The position numbers and the translations under genes are program-made. The notes under the pieces are model-generated. The model ran no database searches. It saw nothing but the letters and a program-made list of their open reading frames with translations, and was not told the DNA's origin. This document shows, piece after piece, positions 61,201-64,000 of a DNA stretch of 64,000 nt (position 1 is the first letter of the stretch; every line of letters begins with the position of its first letter). The stretch comes from a virus, in the IMG/VR virus record IMGVR_UViG_3300045988_162176, positions 1 to 64,000 of that record; one strand, written 5' to 3'.

Positions 61201-62317
61201 TAAGACTTGCATTGAAATCTCTATCTGCAATATAACCACATGAACAGTAGTATACTCTGTCTGAAAGTTTTAAGTCTTTATTAATATTACCACAACAATG
61301 ACATAATTTAGAAGAGGGATAAAATCTATCTACAATTCTTAATTCAATATCATTTTCGGCACATTTAACTTTTAATTTTGTTCTAAATTCATAAAACTTT
61401 TGTGCGGCAATAGCTTTTGAAAGATACTTATTCTTCATCATACCTGATATATCTAAATTTTCAATAGTTATATAAGATGGCTTGGTTTTTACTATCTCAG
61501 CTATTATTTTATTGATATAATCAGTTCGAATATTAGTTATTTTATGATAAAGTTTTTGTACTTTAAGTTTTTGTTTTTGTATATTTTTTTGAGTGCTGCC
61601 TCCTTTCTTAAAATTTTCATATTTACGAGAAAGACATCGTTGTTCTCTTCGTAATTGTTTTTCTATTTTTTTTATTTCCCTTGATTTGTTGATATTTTTA
61701 TATATTTTACCATTTGAAATAACGGCAAAATCTTTCAAACCCAAATCAATTCCTATACCTTCATTAAAATTGTGCGCAATTTGAATATTTGGCATCTCTA
61801 CTAAAACAGATACAAAATATTTATTTGCTTTAATAGATACTGTGCCGCTCTTAATTTTCAAACCGCTTTTAGATACTGGTATATAACCTTTTTCTTTTAA
61901 ACGAACCCATCCCAAACTTGGAATTTTAATTCTATGTCTTTCACAAAGACAATCGGTTAAATTATTTTTAACAAAATACATTTTTACATCAGATTTTCCT
62001 TTTTTCTTAAATTTAGGATAACCTGATTGATGTTTAAAAAATTTTGTAAAAGCAGCATATCCATCTTCAATAGATTTTTTTACTGCTTTTGAATATACTT
62101 CTTTAATCCATATTTTGTCAGGATTGTTTGGAATATATTCATTATTAAGCCATAAACTAAAACTTTTTCCTGTTACAAATTTTTTATTTCGGTCATATAA
62201 TTCTTTATTATAAGACAAATAAAAATTGTAAATATATCTACAAGTCCCAATTGTTTTATTAATTTGAATCTTTTGTTCTTTTGTTGGATTTATTTCCGTT
62301 TTAAAACTTTTTAACAT
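61166..62317 (-). CDS. tnpB: TnpB RNA-guided nuclease (IS605 OrfB family, 383 aa)
   Basis: GIDLGLKDF, ITIENL and ADRDFNASLNL RuvC-like D/E/D motifs with a CHCCG...CSCG zinc finger. No in-frame TAG. Confidence 0.85.
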   Translation of the reverse strand: MLKSFKTEINPTKEQKIQINKTIGTCRYIYNFYLSYNKELYDRNKKFVTGKSFSLWLNNEYIPNNPDKIWIKEVYSKAVKKSIEDGYAAFTKFFKHQSGYPKFKKKGKSDVKMYFVKNNLTDCLCERHRIKIPSLGWVRLKEKGYIPVSKSGLKIKSGTVSIKANKYFVSVLVEMPNIQIAHNFNEGIGIDLGLKDFAVISNGKIYKNINKSREIKKIEKQLRREQRCLSRKYENFKKGGSTQKNIQKQKLKVQKLYHKITNIRTDYINKIIAEIVKTKPSYITIENLDISGMMKNKYLSKAIAAQKFYEFRTKLKVKCAENDIELRIVDRFYPSSKLCHCCGNINKDLKLSDRVYYCSCGYIADRDFNASLNLRDALTYEIV

Positions 62318-62332
62318 TTTTACCTTTTAATT

Positions 62333-62460
62333 AAAATAAAAAGAACTGTGGTACAAAATTTGTTTTTGGAGGAAACAAACATGAACAAAATACGAAAAAG
62401 GAGGTGGCCTTATTAGCAAATCCAGTCTATTATAAGGAGGTAAATTGTACCACAGTTCTT
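62333..62460 (-). ncRNA. about 125-nt promoter-to-terminator RNA upstream of tnpB
   Basis: The inferred start site falls at the first base of a 16-bp stem (62445-62460 / 62341-62356), which is followed by TTTTTATTTT. The interior carries three CCUCC motifs. Confidence 0.5.
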
Positions 62461-62466
62461 ATTATT

Positions 62467-62495
62467 ATATTAACATACTCTTTCGAGTTTGTCAA
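62467..62495 (-). promoter_or_regulatory. promoter TTGACA-N17-TAATAT with TGT
   Basis: -35 at 62490-62495, -10 at 62467-62472 on the minus strand. Confidence 0.65.
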
Positions 62496-62506
62496 CAACT
62501 TATTAG

Positions 62507-63514
62507 TTATTTTTTAAGAAGCATCTGATGAGAATAAAGAATCTGCATCTTTTCAGCTACAGACAAACTTCTGTTATAAGCATCATCATTGTCAGCCAAA
62601 CGCATTGCAAATTGATAGTCAAGATGGTTGAGGATTTCTTCTGTTAACACATGACCATAATTCATGTTTAAACATTGAGAAACTTTTTTATATTCGATAA
62701 TATATACATCAAACATACACTGAGCATAAGTCATATCAAAAGGTTGACCATTCTCAACAAGACTAAGCATCTTCTTATAATCAAAGAAAGTGATGTTAAG
62801 ATTTTTTGTCAGTTTTTCAAAAGTGTTTAAACTAACACCTTTAGTTTTACAAGTAGATTTTAAATAATCACAAGCATTATTATTAAGAACACTACTGTTC
62901 CAATACACATCATGGTCTCGATTAGCGTAAACTTCTTCTGGACTAGCAAAACCAGTTAATACAATTGCTTTGCCAACAATTTTACCGTTGTCAAGTTTGT
63001 TTTTGCCATAGCAATTTGCCAAATCCTTTTTATTAACTAAAAGTTTTGCTTTAGCAACAACGGTTAATTTAATATTAACAGAATAAGTATAGCCATAATT
63101 TGAAATATATGAAATATAATTATACCATTTTAGAGCATCTTTTACAGTTAAACAAGCATGGAAACCATTGCCACAGTAATCAATTTTACTAAATTCCTCT
63201 TCTTCTGGTAGTGCATAAACTTTATTAAGTTCATAGACAAAGTTACGACTGGGACCCATATATTTTACTTTTTCATCGGAAAGATAATAGGTCTTATAAA
63301 GAGCTTTGTAACAATCAATCCATTCCCAATCTTCTCCAATAGGAAAAGGAACATCTTCCATTTTTTCATATTCCCAAGTATTCCTACTGATAACTGTATG
63401 ATTAGGAAGATTATTCGTGTAAGATTCGCTGGAAGATTCTTCAAAATCTACCCCAGATGCAGGGTAAGCTTCATATTCGACAGGATTGTTTTTTTTAGAC
63501 TTATTAAAAAACAT
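62507..63514 (-). CDS. hypothetical protein (335 aa)
   Basis: AAAAGGGGA upstream of ATG. Confidence 0.7.
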   Translation of the reverse strand: MFFNKSKKNNPVEYEAYPASGVDFEESSSESYTNNLPNHTVISRNTWEYEKMEDVPFPIGEDWEWIDCYKALYKTYYLSDEKVKYMGPSRNFVYELNKVYALPEEEEFSKIDYCGNGFHACLTVKDALKWYNYISYISNYGYTYSVNIKLTVVAKAKLLVNKKDLANCYGKNKLDNGKIVGKAIVLTGFASPEEVYANRDHDVYWNSSVLNNNACDYLKSTCKTKGVSLNTFEKLTKNLNITFFDYKKMLSLVENGQPFDMTYAQCMFDVYIIEYKKVSQCLNMNYGHVLTEEILNHLDYQFAMRLADNDDAYNRSLSVAEKMQILYSHQMLLKK

Positions 63515-63530
63515 ATTTTATTCCCCTTTT

Positions 63531-64000
63531 TTAAAACCTATAAAATTTACGAGGTTTAATATCTCGCACCATATTTTTAATTATCCCTTGAGATTTTTGA
63601 ATTGCTTCTTCCATTTTCTTATCAAATTCGTCACGAGGTACTTCCTTGAAATGGTCAGTATCATTTGGATAATTTAACAGGAAGAATAAATCAATATCCT
63701 CATTATAATACGGAGCAATATCAATTTCTGAATCTTCATAACTACCATAAGGTATTTCATATTCAAAATTGTTAATTTCAATACAACCCCATTGAGAAGA
63801 ATAAGAAACTTCACATCTACCTTCTAACAACTTGGAAGGCTGAACAATCATAATATAATGTCCTCTATGAATATAACAATTTCCAATCAACTTTGGAGCG
63901 AGTTCTTTCATAATATATTCATCATAAGACTTTCTTGTAAGCTTGTTTAATTCTTTAACAGTTTCAGAAAGCTCTTTCTTTTTAGTTTCCAGTGACGTTT
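63531..64000 (-). CDS. hypothetical protein, 5' partial (frame open to the window edge)
   Basis: No SD before ATG 63911, and the frame stays open upstream (…TSLETKKKELSETVKELNKLTRKSYDEYIMKEL…). Confidence 0.6.
   Translation of the reverse strand, partial: TSLETKKKELSETVKELNKLTRKSYDEYIMKELAPKLIGNCYIHRGHYIMIVQPSKLLEGRCEVSYSSQWGCIEINNFEYEIPYGSYEDSEIDIAPYYNEDIDLFFLLNYPNDTDHFKEVPRDEFDKKMEEAIQKSQGIIKNMVRDIKPRKFYRF

Larger units (their letters stand above)
61020..62330 (-). mobile_element. IS200/IS605-family TnpB-only element (ends not determined)
   Basis: tnpB without an adjacent tnpA; structured 3' region. Boundaries are approximate guesses. Confidence 0.45.

Noticed and set aside
1-64000. Genome-wide TGA reassignment, suggested by TGA at a Trp position in 44916-45197
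   Set aside because: About 17 genes end cleanly at TGA with the next SD or terminator immediately after. This includes other copies of the same paralog array.

Overview
Visibly AT-rich, gene-dense, phage-like DNA; GC content was not computed. Two gene blocks converge at about 27965-28630. The plus-strand block (107-27961) holds about 55 mostly small ORFs: an HNH endonuclease, a ParB-like protein, two PcfJ-like proteins, DUF932, a SprT-like protease and a methyltransferase-like protein. The minus-strand block (28636 to the window end) holds about 67 ORFs: two cell-wall hydrolases, a BI-1-like membrane protein, an 8-copy DUF551-like tandem array, a YkuK-like protein and an IS605-type TnpB. Strong AAAGGAGG ribosome-binding sites (SD) and 22 TTGACA-N17-TAnnAT promoters, mostly with a TGn extension, point to a Firmicutes-type host (inference). 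TAG is never needed as a terminator. Reading TAG as a sense codon (best fit Gln) repairs 7 genes and most members of a mini-ORF family. No suppressor tRNA, rRNA or CRISPR array is seen in the window. The most unusual signal is a six-copy intergenic cassette inside the plus block. Each copy has, in order: a bidirectional terminator, hairpin A, an SD plus a 23-26 codon hydrophobic mini-ORF that often starts ATG-TAG, hairpin B, and a strong antisense promoter firing back across the cassette. The hairpin A and hairpin B loops are complementary, and the loop sequences co-vary between copies. Other notable items: promoters embedded inside terminator hairpins whose 3' arm is the next gene's SD; a small structured RNA with three 16S-tail-like CCUCC motifs upstream of tnpB; a GC-rich dual-hairpin element with compensatory changes inside three neighbouring genes; and three long structured non-coding regions. 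All product names come from motif recognition by eye, not from searches.
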